The notes under the pieces were generated by a model. The model was not told the origin of the DNA. It worked only from the letters and a program-made list of their open reading frames with translations, and did not search any database. From a virus (taxonomy: Duplodnaviria > Heunggongvirae > Uroviricota > Caudoviricetes), in the IMG/VR virus record IMGVR_UViG_3300042905_002309, positions 1 through 64,000 of that record: a stretch of 64,000 nucleotides of DNA, one strand, 5' to 3'. Shown here one piece after another: positions 20,101 through 29,894 of this stretch. The translations under genes and the position numbers were made by a program. Numbering within the stretch: position 1 is the first letter of the stretch; the number at the start of each line of letters is the position of its first letter.

Positions 20101-21368
20101 TATGTGTTGGTAGTGGTTGTAGTGACATCGGGTTTATGTTTAGATGCTACGCATGTTGCATATCCTAATAATCCTGCATTAATAGCTGCTTGATGATTAT
20201 TATTCCATTGTGATGCATAACCACTATCAATATTGCCATCGGGAAAACATACACCTATCCAAGGACCGGGAACAGTTACTACACTAGTAGTCGTATAAGA
20301 ATATTTGTAATGAATTGGTGTATGTCCATTAACCCAAACCCCACCATCGGCACCATTTGTAATACCTAAAATATTTGGTAATGGTTTTTCTATGGTAGGA
20401 GTTATTGTGGTGCTACTACAACCAAAATTTGTTCTTGGATAATCTACTCTTGACGCTGAATCAATTCCTATTCTAGAAATATTGTCAAAATTATTGATTG
20501 TATAAGCATAATGATTATTATTTTCTTTGGCAATCACTAAACCATTATTATTAACCGTTGTAGGAACTGTTGTTGTAAATAAATTACTGATAACACCTGT
20601 CAATGCAGATATTTTATAAACTGTACTACTATTTCCAATGAAGATAGCATTACCTGTATCTGGATCAACTCTTAATGCTAAAATGTTTCCTATTGCTATA
20701 TCTTTATCGTAAACAACGGCACCCGTATCACCATTTAAACAGTAAATTTTATTATTACCAGATGCCCAAACATTTTTCATTCGATTTCTTGTGATATCGT
20801 ATGTGGTGTCAACAGCTATTCGATTTATTGAACCTAACGTGTTATTCAACCAAACTACATCGCCTTCATTATATAAAGTGTTATCATATACCTGAGTAAC
20901 AATTGAGCGACATTCAACTCCATCAGTATGTGCAGTGTATATAAAGGGTAAATCGTTAAATCCAACCGTAGAAGACTTTGCTTCGATTTTATAGTAGATT
21001 CTTCTTTTAGCGGTGTAAATTTCTTCTTTAACATCTTTACCATCAGTGTCAATCCATTTTGTACCGTCAAACAAAATGCCTTCATCAGCATGTACACTCA
21101 TATTGCCCCAATTGTCAGTATAAGTAAATGTCCCTTTATCGACTGTGGCAATCAATTTGTAATTACTTTGAAATTGGTTAGTTGTAGGGTTGTTATTTAC
21201 CCCACCATTTGCCGTTCCAGATATTTTGTTTTCGATATGGCGATAGATGTTGTATGATAATGCTGTATTATCATCAGTATATGTCCAATTAATGGTAAAG
21301 CCATTGGTTCTAGCCTGTTCCATGCTTGTGATTGACGTAAATATTGGTTTTCTATAGTTCCAGTTCAT
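17142..21368 (-). CDS. Large virion protein with PKD/Ig-like domains
   Basis: WHWTFGD, HLYMGPGKY, HTFVMPGFY, YDFGDG; TAAATA late-type promoter upstream. Confidence 0.65.
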   Translation of the reverse strand: MNWNYRKPIFTSITSMEQARTNGFTINWTYTDDNTALSYNIYRHIENKISGTANGGVNNNPTTNQFQSNYKLIATVDKGTFTYTDNWGNMSVHADEGILFDGTKWIDTDGKDVKEEIYTAKRRIYYKIEAKSSTVGFNDLPFIYTAHTDGVECRSIVTQVYDNTLYNEGDVVWLNNTLGSINRIAVDTTYDITRNRMKNVWASGNNKIYCLNGDTGAVVYDKDIAIGNILALRVDPDTGNAIFIGNSSTVYKISALTGVISNLFTTTVPTTVNNNGLVIAKENNNHYAYTINNFDNISRIGIDSASRVDYPRTNFGCSSTTITPTIEKPLPNILGITNGADGGVWVNGHTPIHYKYSYTTTSVVTVPGPWIGVCFPDGNIDSGYASQWNNNHQAAINAGLLGYATCVASKHKPDVTTTTTNTYYEDVNFLQDIGYIYGVTTNVNNSATNGQLFPYTVSGANIHYYPFTSSSQPYRTALSWVGTSPNGGDSGGRPFMGDRRTPTPKDNPIPIYSQKGLAASYPSFGILSGNSYNIYQVNEIENKVHKLTWNGSNTFNESNRTAGLYYNSLTPTLSTDYWNVTNPVHINVDTQNNIWVTQELPSLNALTLIYNLESSTAFSSGGLCTYPALPSSFATSSGRTTDYSYGNNGNNPYIEFYLTRNLTFASGATARPTQQYLSSYGVKLSGTLGDQTFAATNWCNTNTNYASAGKRVYPNYISVGSQISFPRIAGNTTEYNSDNIGTSMLFATQNVITEPDFIHPPVIYPVVLLNVNNPTYDNVAKCDKTFWKSLTSIDTTFTKVSGYDNLKTTLSATMITSGSFSPNGYTFNYRDKTIDIGTIVPNTISTTTVDNTIVYTYNDPSINGKPYQPRWTGGPAESIGKFIPYCTLNFDQSCYLLSGDPIITSVSSNTVDVNVFERWPTANFNITPFDTASIRVNSLTSWNVGTASAYPVGNNGLVKTDANRVVWGYDPLSAQFNDTTTTGSWPISAWHWTFGDKPTYLGFTLPQLTTYLNVTSATLTASLSLSSISDDCLTERKNVVEHLYMGPGKYYATLWVAASNTGTSSWNVSAGVTDETYMYQNFTVAATREIDVLEVCPALTFTILSGETVTPLFNDDGGLSPIVSANHFYNNNISTNYEFISGYAPYLKIQFNGSISGRSLPLSASVWNYSDYYVNPLPTDTTYFNPPTSGWPIWTTESYKTTGIHTFVMPGFYNISLQPIVSAESGYVSNCSAGLRQNMQVYVKEIMPICKIDVTVPPLSSTPLTVSINPSATFAGSFPICRMEYDFGDGTEHITISRIISASYADYYNTSAYLSNLADPRNFLMTHNYHNTVGGGIFTLNVSAYACNTNSVATTSFDIGPLVLPSMQNIDGDVHLIENRMYQGDNDVLLVFEGTKSTNNYTLLLSST

Positions 21369-21407
21369 ATGTTATAATTATTTATACAAATAATCATATT
21401 TTCAACG

Positions 21408-24400
21408 CTATATGGTTGGTGTTATTACGGAAACTTTAGAAACTTCATAATCTTCTCCATTATTTTTAATGTAAAGATTGATCAATACAAATGAGGTATA
21501 GATATTACTCTTACCAATAAACGTCATTACATAGGTTTTTGTGTCTTTATTGTAAGTAAATACAGGTTCTTCTATACTATTTAATTGTAAAGCACTTAAT
21601 TGATTTGTGTCTACAGATTGTGTATTATAGATGTATTTCATTACATTGGAGTCAATATCATATGATCTAAGGGCTGGATATATACCAGAAACACTTGAAA
21701 CTAATGTAGCTACTGTAACAAGTTTTTCTCTATCGAAGAACCATGTTCCAGCAAATTTATCCTCATGGCCTGATGCACTCAAATTGATCAAATGAAGATT
21801 ATTGATGTCAAAGTCGATTACGTTTGTATTATAATCGAAATTAATCTTATTAAACACCAAATAAGTAGGTGTTTTCAACATAAGCGTATCATACCATAGA
21901 TCAATATCTTTTGGTGTGTAAATTTCACTTGATAAGATTGGATTACTAGTGACACGATAATTTGTGTAAAAATCTTGTAGTAATGCAGATGCAGGTAATA
22001 CCATATTTCGATTATTACGCACCCATAATTCACCAAGTGCTTGTTTCTTGTCATACATGGTATTAATACCACTTAAATCCTTCAATAAAGCATATTGATT
22101 GTCAAAAATATCAGTCTTCCATTGCCATACGGCTTTATAACCTGCAAATTGACTGTACCAACCATCAATGTTGTATTCTTTGGTGTAATTAGGTGGAAAG
22201 TCTGTGGTATTCTCCCAAGTGGAGTCGGTTACGCCTGTCCAAGGATCATACTTATCCTTTTGTTGATGAATTCCAATGTTGTTTGTCTTGGTGTTTTCAT
22301 ATTTCGTCTGATATGGAACGAATTGTTGGTAACTAGCAGGATTTATGATCATTCCAGCATTCTTCCATTCAGTAACGCTAGATTTCATCCATATTGCATC
22401 ACTATCAACGTTAGAAACAGGCTCCACCAACGAAGTTTGGCTTAAACCATAATCATTATTATAGATATCGATATTTTGGTAAATTGCAGAAGTTCCTCTA
22501 TCCAAACTAGTCATCATTAATGAAGTGTCTAATACATTGGTGTTATTCTTACTTAAAAATGTAGTAGTTCCTAACATTCTAGGAATGAAATAACCACCTG
22601 AATCCTCAGTACTATAAAGATTTTCAACATGTGGAACCGTTGCAATAGTTGGAAAGTGTCTATTAGTTAAATTTACATAAGGTAATTCTGCAAGGATATA
22701 GGTGCCACTAACAATATCAACAAATACACCACCAGTTGGGGGTAAACCTAATGAACTATTTGATAAGATTTCTGACCATGTAAAGGCAGAGTTTGCATAA
22801 TAATTTACAAATACTGGTAATTCATTTATTCTTGGTTGTAATACTAAAGGACTTGGATTATATGTCGCTGATACAATCATTTCTTTATTGATATTGTACA
22901 AATATGAACTCAATGTAGCTAATTTTGTTGTATCAATTAGTAAATCACACCATTCAGATGATGTAATATTTACATTAAATGTTATTGGTTGTGTCCAAAT
23001 AAGATTGTTCTGTGCTTTATATTCAACATACGAATCCATTTCAAATGTCATATCAGAAAGATCGGGTTGTGTGATTAATACGTAATCATCAACCACCTTT
23101 ATACCACCACCCCAAACATCGACACCTTTATGTTTTGTGGTCTTATTATTTTCGTCAGAGGCAATAGCCCAAAACGGACGAGCACCTGCTGAAATACCAT
23201 TGAAAATACTGTTTGTGTAATCCCAGCCAGATAAAGGGACATTGATTGACATGTTAATCGTATCGGCATAAATTGTGTTAATAGATAATGCACCACTTAC
23301 ACCATATGTTGCAAGTCTTGGAGCTATATAAAAATTTCCAATTTGATTGTGTGTTTCATTCGTTCCGCTTAATGGTTTACCAATAGCACTACTATACCAT
23401 TGTCCTGTAATATCGGCGTAAATCGTTAAGGTTTGGTCTGGTGTATTAGTATAGCTTAATACGTTTAAATTTGGGGTAGTAACAGACCAATAAACCGTAT
23501 CTAATTCGTAAGCTAATTTTGTAGGGCCATTGTTATATACTTCGTTAGGCCAACTTAGCTTTATTTGTGTGCCACTAGTCGCATAATTATAATTTAACCA
23601 GCGATTATTACTTGTGTTTAAAGCTGATGCGTTATAAGTAATAGTTTGCCCTAAATCTCCATTGCCTGTAATACAATACCAATTTGAGTCAATATGATCG
23701 TAAACAAAATATTCAGCAGGATTTAAAACCATATCAGAAACTTCATCCATTGATCCCCAATTTCCAGTGGAATCAGCAACAGCTTTAATCCACACGGCTT
23801 CACAATTCTCAACATAAGGAACCTTGATAATAAGATTTGGAACTGTATTATCTGTCAAATATGTATTACTGTGTCCAAGATCGTTTCTAAGATATTTGTA
23901 TTGCTGACCTTTAATGAACGTAAATTCACTTCCGTCACCAGTTACCCATTTACCACGACCCCAACCAACATCACTCTGAAATTCGTTTGTAGAATCTAAT
24001 TGGAACCACGCAAAATCTTTACTATTCTTGTAGTTTTTACCATCTGTTAAACCTACCCATGTAGTTTTATTGAAAGGTAATGGATATGATGAATCGGTGT
24101 AAATAATATCAGCCATTCCAGCATAATCATCAAAATTATTTCCTGCATGTCCTAATGGGGAATACTGGATAGCCTTACATTCACACTTCTGCCATTGATG
24201 ATAGTTGATATCTGCTTTATCATCAGCAGGATTCTCTTTAAATAGTGAGTGATGCTTTTCGTATCTATAAGGACAATCTGGTTGATGTTCTTTATGTTGA
24301 ATATTTACATTTGAAATAGTTGTTGTAGAGTCAGTCCAAATGAATATAACTTCTTGATTTGGTTGACAATTTAATGTCAATCCAGCTTGTTTAATACCTG

Positions 24401-26297
24401 TAGCATTGGCTGTGAAAGTCGTTCCGCTTACAGTATCACCCAACATACTAATTTCTCGACCACTTAAAAATGCACATTCAACTGGTGTTCCATTGCGTTT
24501 ATCAAGTTTATAGATAATATCACTATCAAATAAACCATATCCTGCTCTTGCACCTACAAAATCATTATTAATCGCTAAAGATGATAACGATACGGGTAAA
24601 CATTGTGAAGTAGGAACCTTATAGACGGTGGTAGCATCCTTGTCATAGCGTTCTACGGGCCAATTGATATAGTTCTGCCCTCTTACAATAGGAATGTCCG
24701 TGGTGTCCATTTTATACAACCATGCGTGTTTGATAGACTCTTGATAAATTGCATTTGGTGTAGCATCATGTACTTTATCTGCATTTGTAGTAACTCTTAC
24801 AGAAATTCTATCTGCTTGGTCATACATACTTCCTGCTGTAGCACCATTATCAATTAAATTTGTATCATGAATATCTATAGCACAAATACTTGAGGTGGTT
24901 GTGGTGTCATTCCAATATGTATTTCTTATTAATGTTTTGAGATTTTCATCTAAAAATTCATAATCTTTATTAAGATTGGTAAGTTGTCCACCTGTCCATG
25001 AAATATCTTCACCACTTATTCCATAACCAGCAAATGGGAATTTGAAAATATTTGCATCACCTGTAAACAATCCTGCACTCATAGTACTTACTTGTGTATT
25101 GATTGTATCATAACGTAACCAAGCACCAGAAACCGTATTACCACTACGAATAAAAATTTTATCCGCATTCAAATAATTAGATGAGCCAACAGCACCATTA
25201 ACAATCAAATTACTGTTGACCAATGGAATAGAATCAATGGTTGTTAACGTAGCTTCTTCGATATATTCACCAGAAGGCCAATAAAACCAATTATTACCCT
25301 GTATCAAATCTAAATCTAATGGGCGTGTCCAAGGAATGTAGTATCCACTTGCTGCAAAATATTGATTTTCACCAAGATATTTCTTAGTCAAGCTGACCTT
25401 ATAATATTCGTTCAAAATATAACTCTCTAAGTCAATGTATGCAGAAGTAGGTTGGAGATTATTTACCAAATTCTCCATAATAAAGTATAATGGGTTATCA
25501 GATGATACAGAATTAAATCCTGTTTTAAATACCCAATCATATGCTGATGTAGGCATATTCTGTGAACTATAATAACCAGTAGTTTCAGGTGAAAAACTAC
25601 TTAAATCAAAATAAAAATTTGAACTTTGTATTGGATTTTTATCGAAGTATGAAGTATCATCATAAAGTTCTTCAATTTTAATTTGAAATCCGTCATTTAC
25701 TGCACTCAAATCTGGAAAAGTTGCATATAGGGCTGGATCAGGTACATTCATTACATAATCACGTTTGGTGAAAGACTTTAAAAGATATTCATAGAATAAT
25801 CTTTCAAGTGCTTGTGTGGCACCTGTCATGTTGTATTTTAATTTAGCCTTTTTAAGTGCATCACGCTTATTAATAAGATATAACGCAATTTCTTTCAGTT
25901 TTTTAGCATAAACCGGAATAGCTTGTTCTACTTCGATAGTATTATTCCAATCAATATCAGTTAACCAATTGGTTTTATCCTCTTTGTCAATCAATAAAGT
26001 AAGATTTTGTAAAAATGCTATATAGTCTGCTTTAAGATCGGAAGCTACATTGGTTGGTGTATAACGTGTTGAATTCCAAGTCTTTAAATACAACTCATAT
26101 TGTTTGTATTCTTGACCTGAAATGATTCCTGTATTACGATTATACCATTGTTCATAAGTGTAAGGTTGATAGTAATCATTCGGGAGATTAGCCTTTTCAA
26201 CAGCATTAGACGCTAGTGAATCGAGATATTGCTGTTGGGTAACATTCTCAACGTTAGTTACGTCTTTCGTTTTTGTGTATTTGGCTAAAACATTCAT
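21408..26297 (-). CDS. Large putative virion/baseplate protein
   Basis: 1629-aa ORF in structural cluster behind a CTAAATA promoter. Confidence 0.55.
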   Translation of the reverse strand: MNVLAKYTKTKDVTNVENVTQQQYLDSLASNAVEKANLPNDYYQPYTYEQWYNRNTGIISGQEYKQYELYLKTWNSTRYTPTNVASDLKADYIAFLQNLTLLIDKEDKTNWLTDIDWNNTIEVEQAIPVYAKKLKEIALYLINKRDALKKAKLKYNMTGATQALERLFYEYLLKSFTKRDYVMNVPDPALYATFPDLSAVNDGFQIKIEELYDDTSYFDKNPIQSSNFYFDLSSFSPETTGYYSSQNMPTSAYDWVFKTGFNSVSSDNPLYFIMENLVNNLQPTSAYIDLESYILNEYYKVSLTKKYLGENQYFAASGYYIPWTRPLDLDLIQGNNWFYWPSGEYIEEATLTTIDSIPLVNSNLIVNGAVGSSNYLNADKIFIRSGNTVSGAWLRYDTINTQVSTMSAGLFTGDANIFKFPFAGYGISGEDISWTGGQLTNLNKDYEFLDENLKTLIRNTYWNDTTTTSSICAIDIHDTNLIDNGATAGSMYDQADRISVRVTTNADKVHDATPNAIYQESIKHAWLYKMDTTDIPIVRGQNYINWPVERYDKDATTVYKVPTSQCLPVSLSSLAINNDFVGARAGYGLFDSDIIYKLDKRNGTPVECAFLSGREISMLGDTVSGTTFTANATGIKQAGLTLNCQPNQEVIFIWTDSTTTISNVNIQHKEHQPDCPYRYEKHHSLFKENPADDKADINYHQWQKCECKAIQYSPLGHAGNNFDDYAGMADIIYTDSSYPLPFNKTTWVGLTDGKNYKNSKDFAWFQLDSTNEFQSDVGWGRGKWVTGDGSEFTFIKGQQYKYLRNDLGHSNTYLTDNTVPNLIIKVPYVENCEAVWIKAVADSTGNWGSMDEVSDMVLNPAEYFVYDHIDSNWYCITGNGDLGQTITYNASALNTSNNRWLNYNYATSGTQIKLSWPNEVYNNGPTKLAYELDTVYWSVTTPNLNVLSYTNTPDQTLTIYADITGQWYSSAIGKPLSGTNETHNQIGNFYIAPRLATYGVSGALSINTIYADTINMSINVPLSGWDYTNSIFNGISAGARPFWAIASDENNKTTKHKGVDVWGGGIKVVDDYVLITQPDLSDMTFEMDSYVEYKAQNNLIWTQPITFNVNITSSEWCDLLIDTTKLATLSSYLYNINKEMIVSATYNPSPLVLQPRINELPVFVNYYANSAFTWSEILSNSSLGLPPTGGVFVDIVSGTYILAELPYVNLTNRHFPTIATVPHVENLYSTEDSGGYFIPRMLGTTTFLSKNNTNVLDTSLMMTSLDRGTSAIYQNIDIYNNDYGLSQTSLVEPVSNVDSDAIWMKSSVTEWKNAGMIINPASYQQFVPYQTKYENTKTNNIGIHQQKDKYDPWTGVTDSTWENTTDFPPNYTKEYNIDGWYSQFAGYKAVWQWKTDIFDNQYALLKDLSGINTMYDKKQALGELWVRNNRNMVLPASALLQDFYTNYRVTSNPILSSEIYTPKDIDLWYDTLMLKTPTYLVFNKINFDYNTNVIDFDINNLHLINLSASGHEDKFAGTWFFDREKLVTVATLVSSVSGIYPALRSYDIDSNVMKYIYNTQSVDTNQLSALQLNSIEEPVFTYNKDTKTYVMTFIGKSNIYTSFVLINLYIKNNGEDYEVSKVSVITPTI

Positions 26298-26313
26298 ATA
26301 AGTATTTAGCGCA

Positions 26314-26970
26314 TTAGATAACTTTACTACCCTTTTCTAAGTTTTCTTCTGCCCATAATGGTTGTAAATTAGTATAATGAAAACATTTTTTCTGTTGTTC
26401 TAAATCAGTTAGATCAAATGAAGCGCATGGTATTATATGGTCTACATGCCAACCATATAATCCATAATTTTCCCAAGACATACCATCTTTGAATTTTTGT
26501 TCTAGGTATAATTTTAATTCGGTTGAACAACATCCCAATAACTCTTGTGTTTTTTTACTTTTATTACCGTGAAGTGCATCCCAAACTCTTTTGCGATATC
26601 GCTCCATTATTTTAAATTCAACATCAATCTTTAAACGTTCCTTTTTTCGTATATAATTCTTCGTATTAATTATTTCTTTATTATTAGAGTGATAAATTTT
26701 ATTATTTATATTACATTGTTCTTTATTTTCTATGTAATATTGTTTATTGTATATCTGTATAATTTGTTTATTTTTATCATAATAATTAGTCCATTGATGT
26801 TTATTATTTTTATAAAAATCTCGTTTCTTTTCTAATATTTTTTCTCTATTATCAATGTGATACTGTTTATGACAAGCCTTACATTGCTGATGTAATCCAT
26901 CAGTAGTATTCTTATTTTTAGGAAAATTATCTAATTCCTTTTCCGTTTTACATTTTACGCATGTTTTCAT
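26314..26970 (-). CDS. HNH homing-type endonuclease (same family as 3816 and 59787)
   Basis: CVKC...CKAC; MSWENYG-WHVDHIIPC...CFHYTNLQPLW. Confidence 0.8.
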   Translation of the reverse strand: MKTCVKCKTEKELDNFPKNKNTTDGLHQQCKACHKQYHIDNREKILEKKRDFYKNNKHQWTNYYDKNKQIIQIYNKQYYIENKEQCNINNKIYHSNNKEIINTKNYIRKKERLKIDVEFKIMERYRKRVWDALHGNKSKKTQELLGCCSTELKLYLEQKFKDGMSWENYGLYGWHVDHIIPCASFDLTDLEQQKKCFHYTNLQPLWAEENLEKGSKVI

Positions 26971-26978
26971 ATAATTAT

Positions 26979-29882
26979 TTAGAATCCTAATCCTTTATGT
27001 AAAATATAATTTATTTGTCGCTCTATTAATTGGTTGTCACCATACCACACATCTAAACCACTATTATGTTCGCTCATTGTAGTGTATATGGAAGACCAAT
27101 CTATTACGCCTTCGATTTGGATGTTACATGGTGTTGGGATATATTCATAATAACAGTAAAAACTTGGATCGTTTAATAAATAAGTTGATACATAATTGTA
27201 AAGATTACCGGATGTGTTAGGTACAATCTTTTCGTAATAATCTCTACCGTATTTATACTCTGCTAATACAGGAATACCTGCTGAAAGTATATAAGTATCA
27301 GAATCCAATGCATCTCCACGATTTGAATCATGTTTATGTCCACAATTGCTACAATATCCCCAACTACCTCTATAATTCTCGGCACATTTACAATGATCGC
27401 CCCATAAAATTTTATGATCAATACTTACAATATCCATCAAACGTTTTAACTCTGATGGTATCACAAAATTATAATCATCGATAGGAACATCAATAGATTG
27501 TGCAAGGGAATAAAGTTGGTTAATACCACAAACATCTACGTCTGCATTATTTGGTACAAAGTTTGCAATTCTTTCATAAAGTGCTCTACCCATACTCTTA
27601 GCAGATGTTTCTAATCCACCAATCATGGTTCCGATATAGTTTTCAAAAAGATTGTAATCTTCATGTAAGGAGTCATTCAATGCATAGTCTCTGATTTGTG
27701 TTGTCACATCCCAAGATTCATTGTATTTACGAAGATCATATCCAGTAAAACTATCAATATCAAATGGATCGCTTTCACCAGTGATATACATCTGTCTTGT
27801 TCTACCATATTTCTGTTGCCAGTTTAATCCTGTCCAGTCACCAAAAGCTTGTAATGATTTTTCATACGGATTAGCGATGTCATATTGACTAAAATCAGTT
27901 CCTACAATTTGATCAATTCTGTTTGTAGATAAACTATATTGACTTACTGTTGTAAAATTTCCACTTAATACAAAAACTTTTGATTCCATTGAATTAATAA
28001 CCCAAATACGATTGGATGCATCAGCAGCAATACCTTCTAGAGCATTGTAATTCAACTGTCCATTATACCAATCAGGATTAGCCGAAATACCTATAGTAGA
28101 TGTAGTAAGATTTCCTGTGGTTAAATTTAATCTATTAACTTTATTAAAATTACTTGTAAACCATAAATGATTATCATTATCAAGTGTTAAATATTCTGGA
28201 TGATATGCTGGAATACTACATAAGGGTGTTCCAATAGAATTGTATTTATTAACACATCCACCAGATGGTGAAGCATGATAGGTTAAAGTTATCCAAACAG
28301 AATTATCGGCATCTACAATTATATCCATAGGATTCGAACTAATAGGTAAAGAAATTGATGTCAATGGTGTTCCATTTGTATCATACTTATAAAGATAAGA
28401 AGATAAAGTGTTTCCATATGTTACCCATATGTTATCATTTATATCAGTCTGAACCATTGTTGGCTTATAATCAGGATCAATACCAAATCCGTTGATTGGT
28501 GATGTCTGGTTGCCACTAGGATTGATCGTAAGTAATAGATTACCTGTTATACCATCAAACTTTAAAACGCTGGTAGAATCAAATAATGTCACCCAAAGTT
28601 TATTTGTAGAGTCTAAACATATTCCAGCAGGTGTACATCCACCAGTTATACCATTTAATAAACTACTTGTATCACTTAAATCAATAGATGAAACTTGTAT
28701 CCCTCTTGAATTGAATTTATAAAGTTTATCCAATTCTGCATCAGAACACCAAATATTAAAACAAGGATCAACTGCTATACCATATATACCACCAAAACCA
28801 GAAAGACTCATAACGTTTGGTCGTGTTTCTAAATATTCTGTATTATATTGATTATTAGTTCCGTTGATATTAAATCCGTCCAACCAACTAGTAATATTAT
28901 TTACCATTGTTTGGTTGATATATGGATAATAAATTTTATGTAATAATGCACTATTAGGATTTGATATCCAGATATAAGGCGTTTCTTTATAAGAACTATA
29001 TAACACATTTGCTGCTGCTGTAATTGTTGTATTGAGCGTTACGGTATTTGACGTTACGATATTTCTTGAATATCCACCACGTTGATATCCTTTAGTATCA
29101 GTCTTTTGAAAATATGGACCAACTAAATCATCAATAGTTACCCAAGTTTGTGAAGATACTGGAATAGTGGTAATACCAGAGCTTATTACCCCCATTTCAA
29201 TACCTAACGCATTACTAGAAGGATAATCAAATAATGTTCCAATAGCATCAGTAGTACAACCAAATTCAGGATATTGGTCGTATACTAAATTAAAAACATT
29301 TGGGATATTTTGATTAACCCAATATGTACTATCACTCATGGAATCAATACCATTACGTGTTATCTTAATTTCCGCAGGTGTTCCACCATTGATATAATAA
29401 GGTATCGGACAAATCACTTTACTATTTGCATAAGATGGTACTGGTGAGTTACCGTCTTTAGATTCACTGTAAAGAGGTAAGCCTGATACTGATAAGGTGG
29501 CCCATAGAATAGCTGGTTCACCCATCTGACTACCAATATCATCGATATAATAATATTCAGCAAACCCTGTAACACCTATAAAATTAGTTCCGCTATAAAT
29601 CGGTGTATCCGTGGTTGTAATTTGAGTTATTACATTCTGATTAATATCTAAAAACTTCCAACTAGGAACCAAATGACTCCATTTACCTTGTTCTGGATAT
29701 GGTTTACTTTGACTATACTGTGTATATAAATCAATAGTGTGAACTCCATTATCAGACGCAGATAAAGTTAATTTGAATGGATACTGTTGAAGTGTTCCAA
29801 TCATACTTGGTGGTGGTATAACGGCATATGATATTGCATACGGTATAGTAGCTGATGTATCTAAATAAAAGGTGTTGTCCAT
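26979..29882 (-). CDS. Baseplate-associated protein with beta-propeller repeats
   Basis: Repeated GIAVD..NIW/D..N.VW motifs; directly downstream of gp6. Confidence 0.6.
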   Translation of the reverse strand: MDNTFYLDTSATIPYAISYAVIPPPSMIGTLQQYPFKLTLSASDNGVHTIDLYTQYSQSKPYPEQGKWSHLVPSWKFLDINQNVITQITTTDTPIYSGTNFIGVTGFAEYYYIDDIGSQMGEPAILWATLSVSGLPLYSESKDGNSPVPSYANSKVICPIPYYINGGTPAEIKITRNGIDSMSDSTYWVNQNIPNVFNLVYDQYPEFGCTTDAIGTLFDYPSSNALGIEMGVISSGITTIPVSSQTWVTIDDLVGPYFQKTDTKGYQRGGYSRNIVTSNTVTLNTTITAAANVLYSSYKETPYIWISNPNSALLHKIYYPYINQTMVNNITSWLDGFNINGTNNQYNTEYLETRPNVMSLSGFGGIYGIAVDPCFNIWCSDAELDKLYKFNSRGIQVSSIDLSDTSSLLNGITGGCTPAGICLDSTNKLWVTLFDSTSVLKFDGITGNLLLTINPSGNQTSPINGFGIDPDYKPTMVQTDINDNIWVTYGNTLSSYLYKYDTNGTPLTSISLPISSNPMDIIVDADNSVWITLTYHASPSGGCVNKYNSIGTPLCSIPAYHPEYLTLDNDNHLWFTSNFNKVNRLNLTTGNLTTSTIGISANPDWYNGQLNYNALEGIAADASNRIWVINSMESKVFVLSGNFTTVSQYSLSTNRIDQIVGTDFSQYDIANPYEKSLQAFGDWTGLNWQQKYGRTRQMYITGESDPFDIDSFTGYDLRKYNESWDVTTQIRDYALNDSLHEDYNLFENYIGTMIGGLETSAKSMGRALYERIANFVPNNADVDVCGINQLYSLAQSIDVPIDDYNFVIPSELKRLMDIVSIDHKILWGDHCKCAENYRGSWGYCSNCGHKHDSNRGDALDSDTYILSAGIPVLAEYKYGRDYYEKIVPNTSGNLYNYVSTYLLNDPSFYCYYEYIPTPCNIQIEGVIDWSSIYTTMSEHNSGLDVWYGDNQLIERQINYILHKGLGF

Positions 29883-29894
29883 ATTTTTCCAATC